A stretch of DNA of 64,000 nt from Epithemia pelagica (lineage: Eukaryota > Protista > Bacillariophyta), in contig OX337230.1 of NCBI GenBank assembly GCA_946965045.2, forward strand, positions 2,356,001-2,420,000. The letters run 5' to 3'. Positions 23,299 to 32,510 of the stretch are shown one piece after another. Positions within the stretch are counted from its first letter, which is position 1, and the number at the start of each line of letters is the position of its first letter. The notes below the pieces were generated by a model, which searched no databases, was not told where the DNA came from, and worked only from the letters and a program-made list of their open reading frames with translations. The position numbers and the translations under genes are program-made.

Positions 23299-23638
23299 CC
23301 TGGAGTATCGATGGAAATGGGAGAGCACGGCGATGAACAATTGAGGAATGTGAGTTGCGAGGCAGTAACCACAGACAATGATGGATAAGACTCGTCAGTC
23401 AAACATACACGAGGCAAACACTTATCTTACCAGAGCTCTCGAGACACTACAAAAGCATTTCACCTACTATATGGATTGCCAGTTCGACAGCAATCTTGGC
23501 TTGAAGAATGAGGAAAGATACGTCAATAGAGAAACACTTCATGCAATGTGTTACGATGATTCTGTGAGAATTTTATCATTTTTCACTGTCTTTTTTCGGG
23601 ATTTTCGGGAATATGGTAGTTTTTGCTATCCCTAGCTA

Positions 23639-24072
23639 CCGTAATTTGCGCATTCCTGTCCCCCCTATAGTCCTGTCCCCCCCACTCCCCTATAACGTAC
23701 ATGGCCCCCTAACTTTTTATCTGTAGGTTCTTTCTGGGCTTATGGGTTACCCCCACATTCCTCACGTTCCGAGCTTTCTATCGCACTGCCTGACATTACA
23801 TGGGAGTGAATCAAAGAGGAGAAACAAGAGATAAAGCATGATGGGTATTTTGATTAGGGTTAAGGCTACGCATTGAAGCACGGTCTTTCCCCTGACTGGA
23901 ATTGTGCGACCAAACCTTATCTACAACCCCGAGGTTGAAAATTAATTTACTAAGAAATTAATTGTATTGTGTGAATGGAATCTTAAGAAAAATTATCAAA
24001 AATTGCGTAGTCCTGTCCCCCTCCTCTTAATTTTTGTACATTCCGGGGGGACAGGAATCCGCAAATTACGGG
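23639..24072. mobile_element. MITE, Tc1/mariner (pogo/Stowaway-like), about 434 bp
   Basis: About 27-bp TIRs CCGTAATTTGCG(C/G)ATTCCTGTCCCCC. TA on both flanks (23637-38, 24073-74; one extra G at the right end). AT-rich interior with internal GTCCTGTCCCCC copies. Confidence 0.85.
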
Positions 24073-24797
24073 TATCCAAAGGAGTAACCTTAACCTTCTA
24101 GGAGTATGAGTACTCTATCTTTTTTGCTAGGAGTACTACGGTGATGGTTGCTATGGTTGCTATCCCCTGTTGACAAATGTGAACTCGGAGCACCAACCAT
24201 GGGAACAAGACGCGCTGCCACCATTAACCATTGTATATTCGGTTGTTTCACACTGTCTAAAGGATACCCTCAGTTTCTCTGTGATCTCTCCACACAGATG
24301 TGGAGCAATTCCGAGGTAGGACAAAGCGGAAAGCAGGATTGTCTCTTAACGCAGTTTGCAAGGTTGTACTGTCTACATTGGTATTGTGAATCTTTTTGGC
24401 TCCATCCAAAACAAACTTACGAGAATTATGAATATTTCCAGTCACGTAGAATCTCTCTTCCAAAAACAGTCTGTCTTAAAGGTAGGAGTGCCTACAACGA
24501 CATAATGCTACGAAGTCACCTGCCGCAATCAGCTCGCATACCAATGCCATGGACGAGTCCTTTATCATGACCTCACCTAGGGAATCAGATAGAGTGCAGC
24601 ACAGATACTCTACCACATTGAAACCACTCACACCTACTCTACACTCTACTTTAGTGGAAAAGAAACTTTACGAATACATGTTGAATGTGGTCAAGCGCCA
24701 AAATGCTATATATGCCTTGTTCCTTGACTCCCTACTCGTAGATGTCGATGGATACGAGAAGATAAAAAATGTAGTTGAGCCAGTTCTTGCGATTATT

Positions 24798-25668
24798 CTA
24801 CTTTGCATTTGGGAAGTAGGTGGCAAGGAGCGAACTGTGCAAGAAGAAATCGTACCAGACGTGCCCTCCGAGCTTGTTGAAGAGAGAAGGCTTTGTTTCC
24901 CCGCCGCTGCAGCAGAACATGAGCTCGATGATGCTTACAAGGCAAGGGAGGACAAACAAGTCTCCCATGAGCTGGTTCGGAGTGGCACTCACGAGGCTGA
25001 CGAAGGAAACGAGCAGCTGCGTGTACATGAAGATGGGAGAGATCCCGTATGGAAGAGTCGGCTGCGACAGCCAAACTGTTGCCAGAGTTCCAACAATGGT
25101 GAAAATGGCAATAACCAAAGGCGGCAAGTTGGCCATGGCCAGCGAGAGGTAGGAAATCAATGCAATGAAAGCACCATAAAGAAGGTTCGCGATCACAGTG
25201 CTTCCCGAGTTGGTAGGTAACGAGCAACTGTTGGTGTCAAAGTAGCGATGAAGCAACCCGTGGAAGAGAACGGCAGCAACGAGGCCTCCAATTGTTGACT
25301 TGGTAGCACTGGTCTTGATTCCAAGGACAATTACCGCTACAGTGAAGATAGCATCAACTTGCCAAGCCCACCAATGTGAGTTGTCATGAGAGGGGCAGGA
25401 AATGGTTTTGCCTACTTTCTGCAAGTTCGTGACACAGAAACCGTCCTGGCTAAAGTCGCAAGAGGGACCGGCCTGCTTGAGAAGGAGAACAAGGTAGATG
25501 ACAGACAACCCGAAAGATATGGCCCATCCGAGCTGAGCTCGTGAGATGCTGAACTTGGACTCCGCTCCTCCACGAGTGGAAACATTCGAAGAGACTCTTT
25601 CTTTGTTCTTGACACGTGGAGATAGAGACGAAGGTACTACTTTCTCTGCTGGTTTCGTAGCAGTGAAC
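24798..25668 (-). pseudogene. 3' part of a multi-pass membrane protein gene split by the copia insertion
   Basis: About 7 hydrophobic segments. Joins in frame to 32135-31996 when the element and one TSD copy are removed (...TIPRGGG-FTATKP...), giving 336 aa. Confidence 0.85.
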
Positions 25669-25673
25669 CCCCC

Positions 25674-25968
25674 TGTTGTACGATGCAAGGATGCCGTCAG
25701 CTTCGTCGCTATCGTCGTAGATGTAAAAACGTAATTTTACTTTATTTTCTTGATTATCTCCAAAGAATGAGCACTCGTCTTTTTCGCCTCGCTCGTCTTT
25801 GGTTTCCCGTATTTTACCACGTCAGCGAACGTAACGCGCTTACCTTCTCGCTCGCGTAATTGTTCGTGACTGCCTCGATAAGTAGTTCTCGTCATTGTCT
25901 CAATTTGATCGCCGGGTGGCTCTGAGGACTCGTGGATCATTTTTTCGTCTTCGTCATTATTTCCAACA
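25674..25968 (-). repeat. 3' LTR
   Basis: Sense strand TGTTGG...TACAACA. Identical to 31701-31995 except at 25745/31772. Confidence 0.97.
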
Positions 25969-28900
25969 CGCTCCTCATGAGTCGAGGAGTCGCACGGGGA
26001 GCCTTGCAGGGAATCGATGGGCTTGTGTCCGAGTAATACGTCTCTGAACTTGATGAAAAGACTCCCTTGTAGTGGTTTTGTGTAAAAATCCGCTAACATT
26101 TCCTCCGTTGGACAGTAATGGATGTCGATATTTTCTTGTTTGATTCGGTCTTTTATGAAAAAATATCTGATATCCACATGGCGCGACTGCTTCCCCGCTG
26201 AAGCTCTTCCGTTTTTCTCTAGTTTGATAGCGCTCTGGTTATCCTGGGCGAATTTCGTGCTTGCTATTTCGTATCCTTGGGCCTCGAGGAATCGTTTGGC
26301 CCATATTGTGTTTGGGAGGTAGTCACTTGCACCCACAACCTCGGCCTCAGTCGAGCTCTTGGTGTTGAGCTTCTGCTTTCTTGATTTTGCGATGATAGCA
26401 CCTCGCCCAAGGGACATTACACCGCCTGTGTGGCTGCGCATGTCGTCATGTACGGCGAATGATGCGTCGACCCATGTCTTGAGATGGGGTACATCGTCTG
26501 CTCCAACAATGTATTCCAATTCTTTGGTAGCATACAGATATTGGAGCACTCGTTTCAATTTGGCCCAATCGTCGACGGTGCATTTGGCAACTCGGGTGCA
26601 CAGGAACGCGATGGCCGTTTGGATGTCTATACGGGCACGTTGTGACAGATAGAGTAATTTTGCCACGATACTGTGAAATTTGTCCTTCTTTTCTTTGCTG
26701 AGTATCGGTGAATTCTTCTTGATTGTAAAAAGTCCTTTCCTCGCAGGCGTTGATGCTCCTTGTGTGACATTCTCGCCGAACATGTCGATTGCTTCGTCGA
26801 TGTATTGTGGCATGATAATGCTGACCGTGCCGTTGTCGTTGATTGTAATTTTCATTCCCAAATAGGTGTGTTCTTTTCCTCTACACACCGACATCTTCCC
26901 GAATTTTGCTTCGATTGCTGCCACGACATCTTCGATTACCTTCTCTTCCACGTGCGATGCTTTTAGATCGTCCACGTACCAGGTTACAGTGCATTGACGT
27001 CCGTTGATCATTTTGTTGGCCACACATGGGTCGTACGGGTTTAGTTCGAAACCCATCTCTTTCAGTGTTGTGGAAAACAACTCGTACCACAGTAATGCAG
27101 ATTGAACGCATCCATACAGTGCTTTGTTGAGTCGTACGTAGAGTACCTTGGTCTTTCCTTCCATAACGACGAACTTTTTGTATTTCTCGTCGATCTGGCA
27201 GAAGATGTCCACTACATCACCGGTGAGCTTCATTAACACGTAATCGCGCATAAAAGCATTAAGGTATGCCCCAGCGATGTCAGCGGTGATGACTTTCCGT
27301 CGTTCAATCGCGTCGATGATCAGTGACATGATCAGGGTGTCTGTTGACAGGGCTGGCGAAGCAGTCTCACTTTTATCGTAGTGTGGTCGCTGGGACCGTC
27401 CGTCCGCGCAGGATCGTCCCTTGATCTTGCCACAGCGTTTCTCTTTGATCACGTTGACTGATCTGAGGGCTGCTTTCTTCTGTTGTGCCGTAAGCTTTGA
27501 TGCGTCCTGGGGGTCGAATGTATCTTGATTATCTAATTGTGTGAATTCTTTGAGAAGTGCGTCTATGGCTTTTTGACCATGTTTCTTGATGCCTGCTTGG
27601 GCAGACATTTGGGTGAATATGAAGTGAGCTACCAAAGAATGGATCGGTTTCCGTTCATTCACGTTGGTTGTTGCGTGACGGATCGCACGTTGGAGAAATT
27701 GCATGTGCATGTATGATGTGCTACCGTCCGCGGTGTCCATTTGGTGGTCAAGTCTGTGGCTGTAGGAGCGTGTCCGGTCGCTCCTCAAATTGTACTCGTG
27801 TTGGGGCATATCGTCCTCGGACATGGCGGTTGCTTCACCATCGCCGTCTTCATCACTATGCTCGTCATACTCGTTCGCTCCTTCATCTTCATCCTGATCC
27901 TCTTGTGTATGATGCGCTCCTTCATCTTCGTCGGGTCCATTCGCTCCTTCATCTTCATCCATTTCATTGTGCGCTCCTTCTTCCTCTTCAATTTCCCCGT
28001 GATCGTCGTCGTCGTCATTATCATCGTCGTTGTCTTCATCGTCTGTTGTTGAAACCATTGGTGGCTCGTCGTCATCATCTTCATCTGATGCCGGTGGTTC
28101 GTCACTGCTTGACTCGACATCGTTTTCGTTGGGATCAGAGTCGTCGCTGTTCCCGTCGTTGGTTTCTTCTTCCGCTTCTTCGTCCGATTCGTCGTTATTC
28201 AAAAGGTCATCGTTGTCGTTGGGTACCTCATTGTTGTCGTCAATGATGGGGATGTTCGGGGCCCATTCAAAAAACAGCTCACCATCAATGAGTGGTTGAT
28301 CTTGCTGTTCAGCCAATTCTTCGACACGGTCGATTACCGCTTGTGTAATGGGGAGCTCTGTCCACTGTTGGCGTGTGACGCGAGCACCCGTGTCTAAAGA
28401 TAGGAAGTAGTAACTCCCTTGAGTGTTGCCAGTGGGGTTGAGTGCAATGGCGCCAATGGTTCGCGGGGCGGTCGTGTTCGTTCTTCGTCTTTCTTCGAAT
28501 ATTTGGGCATAATGCCTGAATTCGATGCGCATGTTGTTGAAATCCGGGTCAGGTAGGCCCGTCACTATTTTCCGTGGGCTCATGGTGGTGGACACGCCCT
28601 TTCTGCTTGGTAGTTGGTTGAGAGTGCGGACGGCATGCGCCACGATTTCTCGCACTAATAGGGACGGGTAGCGTCGATACGGTAGGCCGTGAACTAGGGC
28701 TCGGACCCTCTCCTTGATGGTCCTGATGGATCTCTCAACTTGTCCGACATGGTCGTCAGCGGCAACGATGTTTGATAGGACGGGGAGAATTCTCTGTTGG
28801 ATTGGTGCAAATTCGTTATCTGCGTGGAGATCCGTGACTTCGAAACCTCTGGCATGATACATGTTGATGACGTCCTTAATTTCCTTCTCGAGAGTTGCTT

Positions 28901-30965
28901 TGCGTCGATTGGAGATTGCTGCAACGGTGCGGAAATGGAGGTGCTTGGAAATAGTGTGACAAAAAATGTGACCTTGGACGTAGAAATTGTCCGCGCATAT
29001 CGTCACGCGTCGGTGTTCGTTCTTGATTTTGGTAGGGATATCCGTTGGGACTACTTGTGGTGCAGCGGGTGTCGGTCGCTTTACGGTTTTGCCTTTGATG
29101 GTGGCGGGGTCTGGACCGTAAATTTTTAGGGCGCGTTTGGCATCTTCGGGGGTGACGGGACAGTTTTGGACGACATTGTTTGCCAGTGCGTCGAGGAAAT
29201 CGCGTTGGGAGGGTCGACCGAGTTGCCTGTAAAGAGTACGGGCACGATCCGCTCCTTCGACCTCACGGGGGGAGTACCCAGTCGCACTATTGAGAAAAAG
29301 GTAAGGGGCAGAAGGAGAATTAATAGAGTTAGTGGGATCGTTCACATCAAAATAATAGAGACCCATGGGACTCTCTTTGAAAAGCATTACCGAACCATCC
29401 TTCCGGTGCACAGCAATGGCGGAGGCACCAGCAGTGTCCATGGTCACACGGCACCGCTGACGGACAGCAGCAAGGGATAGGATGTTGGCCAGAGATTGTG
29501 GGTTGAACCATACTTCGCCAAAATTGGGGATGTCCCCAACAAGGCGAGAGATTTGGGAACCGCCATTGGTGTAGACCGTGAGGGGGGAAGCGGCAGGGCG
29601 GATGTTTTGGAGCAAGGTGGCATTTCGGAAGACGGATACTGTGGACTGGCTGTCCAACAAAACCCAAGAATCGGGTATAGCAACATGGCGTGATTGCGAG
29701 AAACAACAATCAAAATGCAGAAAGGTGAAGTTGTGGACGGGACCATGGCTTTGGAGCATGGTAACCCCAGTGGCTGCCTCGTTGTTATCGGTCCGATGCG
29801 GACACTGGCTTGCATAATGACCAGGACCCTGGCAATGGAAGCAGATGATGGCTTCATGCAGAATGCCGTCGAGGCCAGGGACGGGAGCGGTTGTTGTTTG
29901 GGCAAACTGGAGCCCATTACTGGTTGAAGATTGTCCTTGTTGCTGATTCTGCGGTTGGCGGGGTCCGCGATAACTCACCAACATACCATATGCCGCCGTG
30001 ACGTCGACGGGGTACTGATCCGTCCCACGGGTGAATTGGTTCTCCAATTCGATGAGAAGATTTCCAAACCGTTTCTTATCCGCTCCCTTCAGGAACTGGA
30101 TAGCCAGGGCACGATCACGACTCATGCGTTTCTTCGTTTCGGAGGTTGTAATGACGTCGGGATCCAAATATTTGACAATGAGATCCTGTGATCCTTTGTC
30201 TACTCCAACTGAGCCTCCATAATGTTCAAGGACATCGATGTTTTCCTTGAATTGATGCAGGTAATCCGAGAGAGGTTCATCGGGTTGTTGTCGGTGGAGG
30301 TAAAAATTGGTGTACGCGTCGTTCAGGGACGCATACCCATATCGTTTTTCTTCAAATTTGTGCCTGATCCCTTTGATTTGGGTCAGCAACCAAGCACAAT
30401 CGCAAGCTAGTCGGGAGGTATCATACTTTTCTAATCCTTGTAGTTTGGCTTTCATAGCCTCACTGCACTGCCCCCAAATTATGGCATAGGCTGCTTGCAA
30501 ATTACTTTTGAGTATTTCGCATCGAGTAACATAGGCGGCGACTTGTTTCTCGAAGATTGCAATCTTCAAACGACTCGTCTCTTCGTCTGGGAGATTGGCT
30601 GGCTCTTGAACGGACGGATTCTTCAAATCTCGGGTAAGGACCACCATGTCGCCCGCATGCTTGAACGTCTTCGCGAAGTGTTCCTCTAATGCTTCAAGTG
30701 TTCGGGTGAACTGTCGCTTGTCATTGCATTCATGGAACACTTGAAACACGTGGCCGTTCATGCCTTCCGTGTTGCCCTTGAATGCATTACTACTCGTGTG
30801 GCCTCCTCTGCCTCCACGACCTCCGCGTCCACCACGTCCTCTTCCTCGTCCACGGCCTCTTCCTCCTCGGCCTGGACCACCAGTACCACGTCCTTCAGGC
30901 GTGGTACCTGGCAAACTGGGGGCGCCGTCCTGGCTGGACGGGTTGGACGCGCTCGAACTGCTCAT
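25737..30965 (-). CDS. Copia Gag-Pol polyprotein
   Basis: RGG-rich N-terminus; zinc knuckle CFHCQGPGHYASQC; protease LLDSQST; integrase CADNFY/HADNEF/VERSIRTIKER; RT ADIAGAYLNA, LYGCVQSALLWY, YVDD; RNase H VDASFA, STEAE, QDNQSAI, ADFYTKPL. First ATG at 30965; frame open from 31037. Confidence 0.95.
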   Translation of the reverse strand: MSSSSASNPSSQDGAPSLPGTTPEGRGTGGPGRGGRGRGRGRGRGGRGGRGGRGGHTSSNAFKGNTEGMNGHVFQVFHECNDKRQFTRTLEALEEHFAKTFKHAGDMVVLTRDLKNPSVQEPANLPDEETSRLKIAIFEKQVAAYVTRCEILKSNLQAAYAIIWGQCSEAMKAKLQGLEKYDTSRLACDCAWLLTQIKGIRHKFEEKRYGYASLNDAYTNFYLHRQQPDEPLSDYLHQFKENIDVLEHYGGSVGVDKGSQDLIVKYLDPDVITTSETKKRMSRDRALAIQFLKGADKKRFGNLLIELENQFTRGTDQYPVDVTAAYGMLVSYRGPRQPQNQQQGQSSTSNGLQFAQTTTAPVPGLDGILHEAIICFHCQGPGHYASQCPHRTDNNEAATGVTMLQSHGPVHNFTFLHFDCCFSQSRHVAIPDSWVLLDSQSTVSVFRNATLLQNIRPAASPLTVYTNGGSQISRLVGDIPNFGEVWFNPQSLANILSLAAVRQRCRVTMDTAGASAIAVHRKDGSVMLFKESPMGLYYFDVNDPTNSINSPSAPYLFLNSATGYSPREVEGADRARTLYRQLGRPSQRDFLDALANNVVQNCPVTPEDAKRALKIYGPDPATIKGKTVKRPTPAAPQVVPTDIPTKIKNEHRRVTICADNFYVQGHIFCHTISKHLHFRTVAAISNRRKATLEKEIKDVINMYHARGFEVTDLHADNEFAPIQQRILPVLSNIVAADDHVGQVERSIRTIKERVRALVHGLPYRRYPSLLVREIVAHAVRTLNQLPSRKGVSTTMSPRKIVTGLPDPDFNNMRIEFRHYAQIFEERRRTNTTAPRTIGAIALNPTGNTQGSYYFLSLDTGARVTRQQWTELPITQAVIDRVEELAEQQDQPLIDGELFFEWAPNIPIIDDNNEVPNDNDDLLNNDESDEEAEEETNDGNSDDSDPNENDVESSSDEPPASDEDDDDEPPMVSTTDDEDNDDDNDDDDDHGEIEEEEGAHNEMDEDEGANGPDEDEGAHHTQEDQDEDEGANEYDEHSDEDGDGEATAMSEDDMPQHEYNLRSDRTRSYSHRLDHQMDTADGSTSYMHMQFLQRAIRHATTNVNERKPIHSLVAHFIFTQMSAQAGIKKHGQKAIDALLKEFTQLDNQDTFDPQDASKLTAQQKKAALRSVNVIKEKRCGKIKGRSCADGRSQRPHYDKSETASPALSTDTLIMSLIIDAIERRKVITADIAGAYLNAFMRDYVLMKLTGDVVDIFCQIDEKYKKFVVMEGKTKVLYVRLNKALYGCVQSALLWYELFSTTLKEMGFELNPYDPCVANKMINGRQCTVTWYVDDLKASHVEEKVIEDVVAAIEAKFGKMSVCRGKEHTYLGMKITINDNGTVSIIMPQYIDEAIDMFGENVTQGASTPARKGLFTIKKNSPILSKEKKDKFHSIVAKLLYLSQRARIDIQTAIAFLCTRVAKCTVDDWAKLKRVLQYLYATKELEYIVGADDVPHLKTWVDASFAVHDDMRSHTGGVMSLGRGAIIAKSRKQKLNTKSSTEAEVVGASDYLPNTIWAKRFLEAQGYEIASTKFAQDNQSAIKLEKNGRASAGKQSRHVDIRYFFIKDRIKQENIDIHYCPTEEMLADFYTKPLQGSLFIKFRDVLLGHKPIDSLQGSPCDSSTHEERVGNNDEDEKMIHESSEPPGDQIETMTRTTYRGSHEQLREREGKRVTFADVVKYGKPKTSEAKKTSAHSLEIIKKIK
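25969..25978 (-). other. Polypurine tract (ATGAGGAGCG) adjacent to the 3' LTR
   Basis: Purine-rich stretch directly abutting the TG of the 3' LTR. Confidence 0.7.
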
Positions 30966-31638
30966 CCTTCTCTGCGGAGAGATATCGGATGTTGTTCTTA
31001 CCTCGTCGAACGTCCTGGCCACTATCAGTGTGGACGATTACTTGATATGCGGTGACTCGGGCAACAACACCCGTGCCGTCACGAATGGTTGGCACTTCTC
31101 CGACGTGGAGCGAAGCGGGGTTGACAATTCGAACTATGTCTCCCACTCGGAAAGCTCTCCTTTTCTTGTGGATGATGTACCGCTTCCCTGAAACCGCTGA
31201 TGTCCACAAGGTGCAGCCACTTTTCAATGCCGAGAGTTCCGCTGTTGTGTACGTGATTGGTTCTCTTTCAGCTCCTTCGTTCTCCGAATAAAGAGTGGTA
31301 TCGCCGTCCGACTCTTGTCCTCGAGATTGTTGGTGACGAATGACTCCAACGACTTCCACGCTTGAACTGGCCACACTGGATGCAGTGGGCGATGATCGTT
31401 GATACTTGTTTCTTCTCTGCGCGGCCGCCGGCTTCTTTTCCGACTGGCTGCCTTCTTCACTGTCGCCTCTCTCGTACCCTCCGGGCTGGGACTTTGCCCC
31501 AGTGGCAACCTGTGTCGCTTCAACGATGGGAACTTCCCGGATGCTCTTGATTCGGGCAAGCACTTCTCTCTGTCGAGTTGTGAGTTCTTCGAGTTCTTGG
31601 ATAAGTTCGTCGATCTCTTGTTTGTTTGGGCTGGACAT
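30895..31638 (-). CDS. Additional upstream ORF1 of the copia element (coiled coil plus KOW/SH3-like motif)
   Basis: 247-aa intact ORF starting at the first ATG after the 5' LTR. N-terminal heptads and FRVGDIVRIVNP...GVVARVT...VIVHTDSG. Confidence 0.75.
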   Translation of the reverse strand: MSSPNKQEIDELIQELEELTTRQREVLARIKSIREVPIVEATQVATGAKSQPGGYERGDSEEGSQSEKKPAAAQRRNKYQRSSPTASSVASSSVEVVGVIRHQQSRGQESDGDTTLYSENEGAEREPITYTTAELSALKSGCTLWTSAVSGKRYIIHKKRRAFRVGDIVRIVNPASLHVGEVPTIRDGTGVVARVTAYQVIVHTDSGQDVRRGKNNIRYLSAEKDEQFERVQPVQPGRRPQFARYHA

Positions 31639-31686
31639 GGAAATTGCGTTGATGCGCTGAAGAGACGGTTTGTAGGATTTCGTGTT

Positions 31687-31700
31687 TTCTTTGGAGATAA
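31687..31700 (-). other. Non-tRNA primer-binding site complementary to the element's own LTR
   Basis: Sense TTATCTCCAAAGAA abuts the 5' LTR and is the exact complement of sense TTCTTTGGAGATAA at 31794-31781. Confidence 0.75.
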
Positions 31701-31995
31701 TGTTGTACGATGCAAGGATGCCGTCAGCTTCGTCGCTATCGTCGTAGATGTAAAAACGTAATTTTACTTTACTTTCTTGATTATCTCCAAAGAATGAGCA
31801 CTCGTCTTTTTCGCCTCGCTCGTCTTTGGTTTCCCGTATTTTACCACGTCAGCGAACGTAACGCGCTTACCTTCTCGCTCGCGTAATTGTTCGTGACTGC
31901 CTCGATAAGTAGTTCTCGTCATTGTCTCAATTTGATCGCCGGGTGGCTCTGAGGACTCGTGGATCATTTTTTCGTCTTCGTCATTATTTCCAACA
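31701..31995 (-). repeat. 5' LTR
   Basis: 295 bp, TG...CA, 294/295 identical to the 3' LTR. Confidence 0.97.
31793..31797 (-). promoter_or_regulatory. Initiator-like motif TCAT(+1)T, putative transcription start of the copia element
   Basis: Sense TCATT matches the TCAH(+1)W initiator-like consensus I recall for diatom promoters. Predicted +1 (31794) is the first base of the self-primer. The motif is short, so support comes mainly from this coincidence. Confidence 0.45.
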
Positions 31996-32135
31996 CCCCC
32001 TCCCCTTGGGATCGTACTCGCGATACTGTCCGCTGTCAGTGGGGCACGACGGACGAAGGGGCTTCCTGAGCGGAAATGAGCTTCCGCTGAAGTCCCAATG
32101 AGGATCAAGGCAAACGAGAGTACTCCAAATTTCAT
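31996..32135 (-). pseudogene. 5' part (signal peptide, ...IPRGG) of the gene split by the copia insertion
   Basis: MKFGVLSFALILIGTSAEA signal peptide. The reading frame runs into the LTR at the TSD. Confidence 0.85.
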
Positions 32136-32346
32136 CCTTGTTCTTCAGATAATGATACGGCAGTCTGAACCCTCTAAACTCAAAGAGCAATTTGTTGCCA
32201 ACTATGAAGCTGCCGATCCATCGTGTGATGGATAGTTGAATGTGTGATGGCAAAAAGTGGTTGCGATCTTTCAGGGTCAACTGGCCAATGAAAACTAATC
32301 ACGATTTTTCATTTAAATGAGTCTCAAGATACTTTCTGGAATCTAA

Positions 32347-32510
32347 CAGTATTCGGTATCCGTATTCGTATTCGGTATCAGCATTCGGTAGTCGTACTGG
32401 TAATGGTACCAGTACGAGTACGAGGCAGTATCTATCAGTATTCGGTATCCGTATTCGTATTCGGTATCCGTACTCGGTACTCGTACGATTACGAGGTAAG
32501 TACGAGTATG
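32347..32510. repeat. Low-complexity array of TATTCG/TATCCG/TACGAG-type units
   Basis: CAGTATTCGGTATCCGTATTCGTATTCGGTATC occurs twice (about 32347 and about 32436), plus degenerate 6-7-mers. Confidence 0.7.

Larger units (their letters stand above)
25674..31995 (-). mobile_element. Full-length Ty1/copia LTR retrotransposon (diatom CoDi-like), recent insertion
   Basis: Two 295-bp LTRs with TG...CA ends, 5-bp TSD CCCCC (25669-25673, 31996-32000), intact gag-pol in PR-IN-RT-RH order. Confidence 0.97.

Noticed and set aside
24549-25227. 223-aa and 144-aa ORFs overlapping the split membrane gene
   Set aside because: Antisense or alternative-frame shadows of the real minus-strand ORF; no motifs.
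27668-28299. Plus-strand ORFs within the copia element (and similar ones at 13.5-14, 18-19 and 47.2-48 kb)
   Set aside because: Produced by antisense reading of acidic or low-complexity codon runs.
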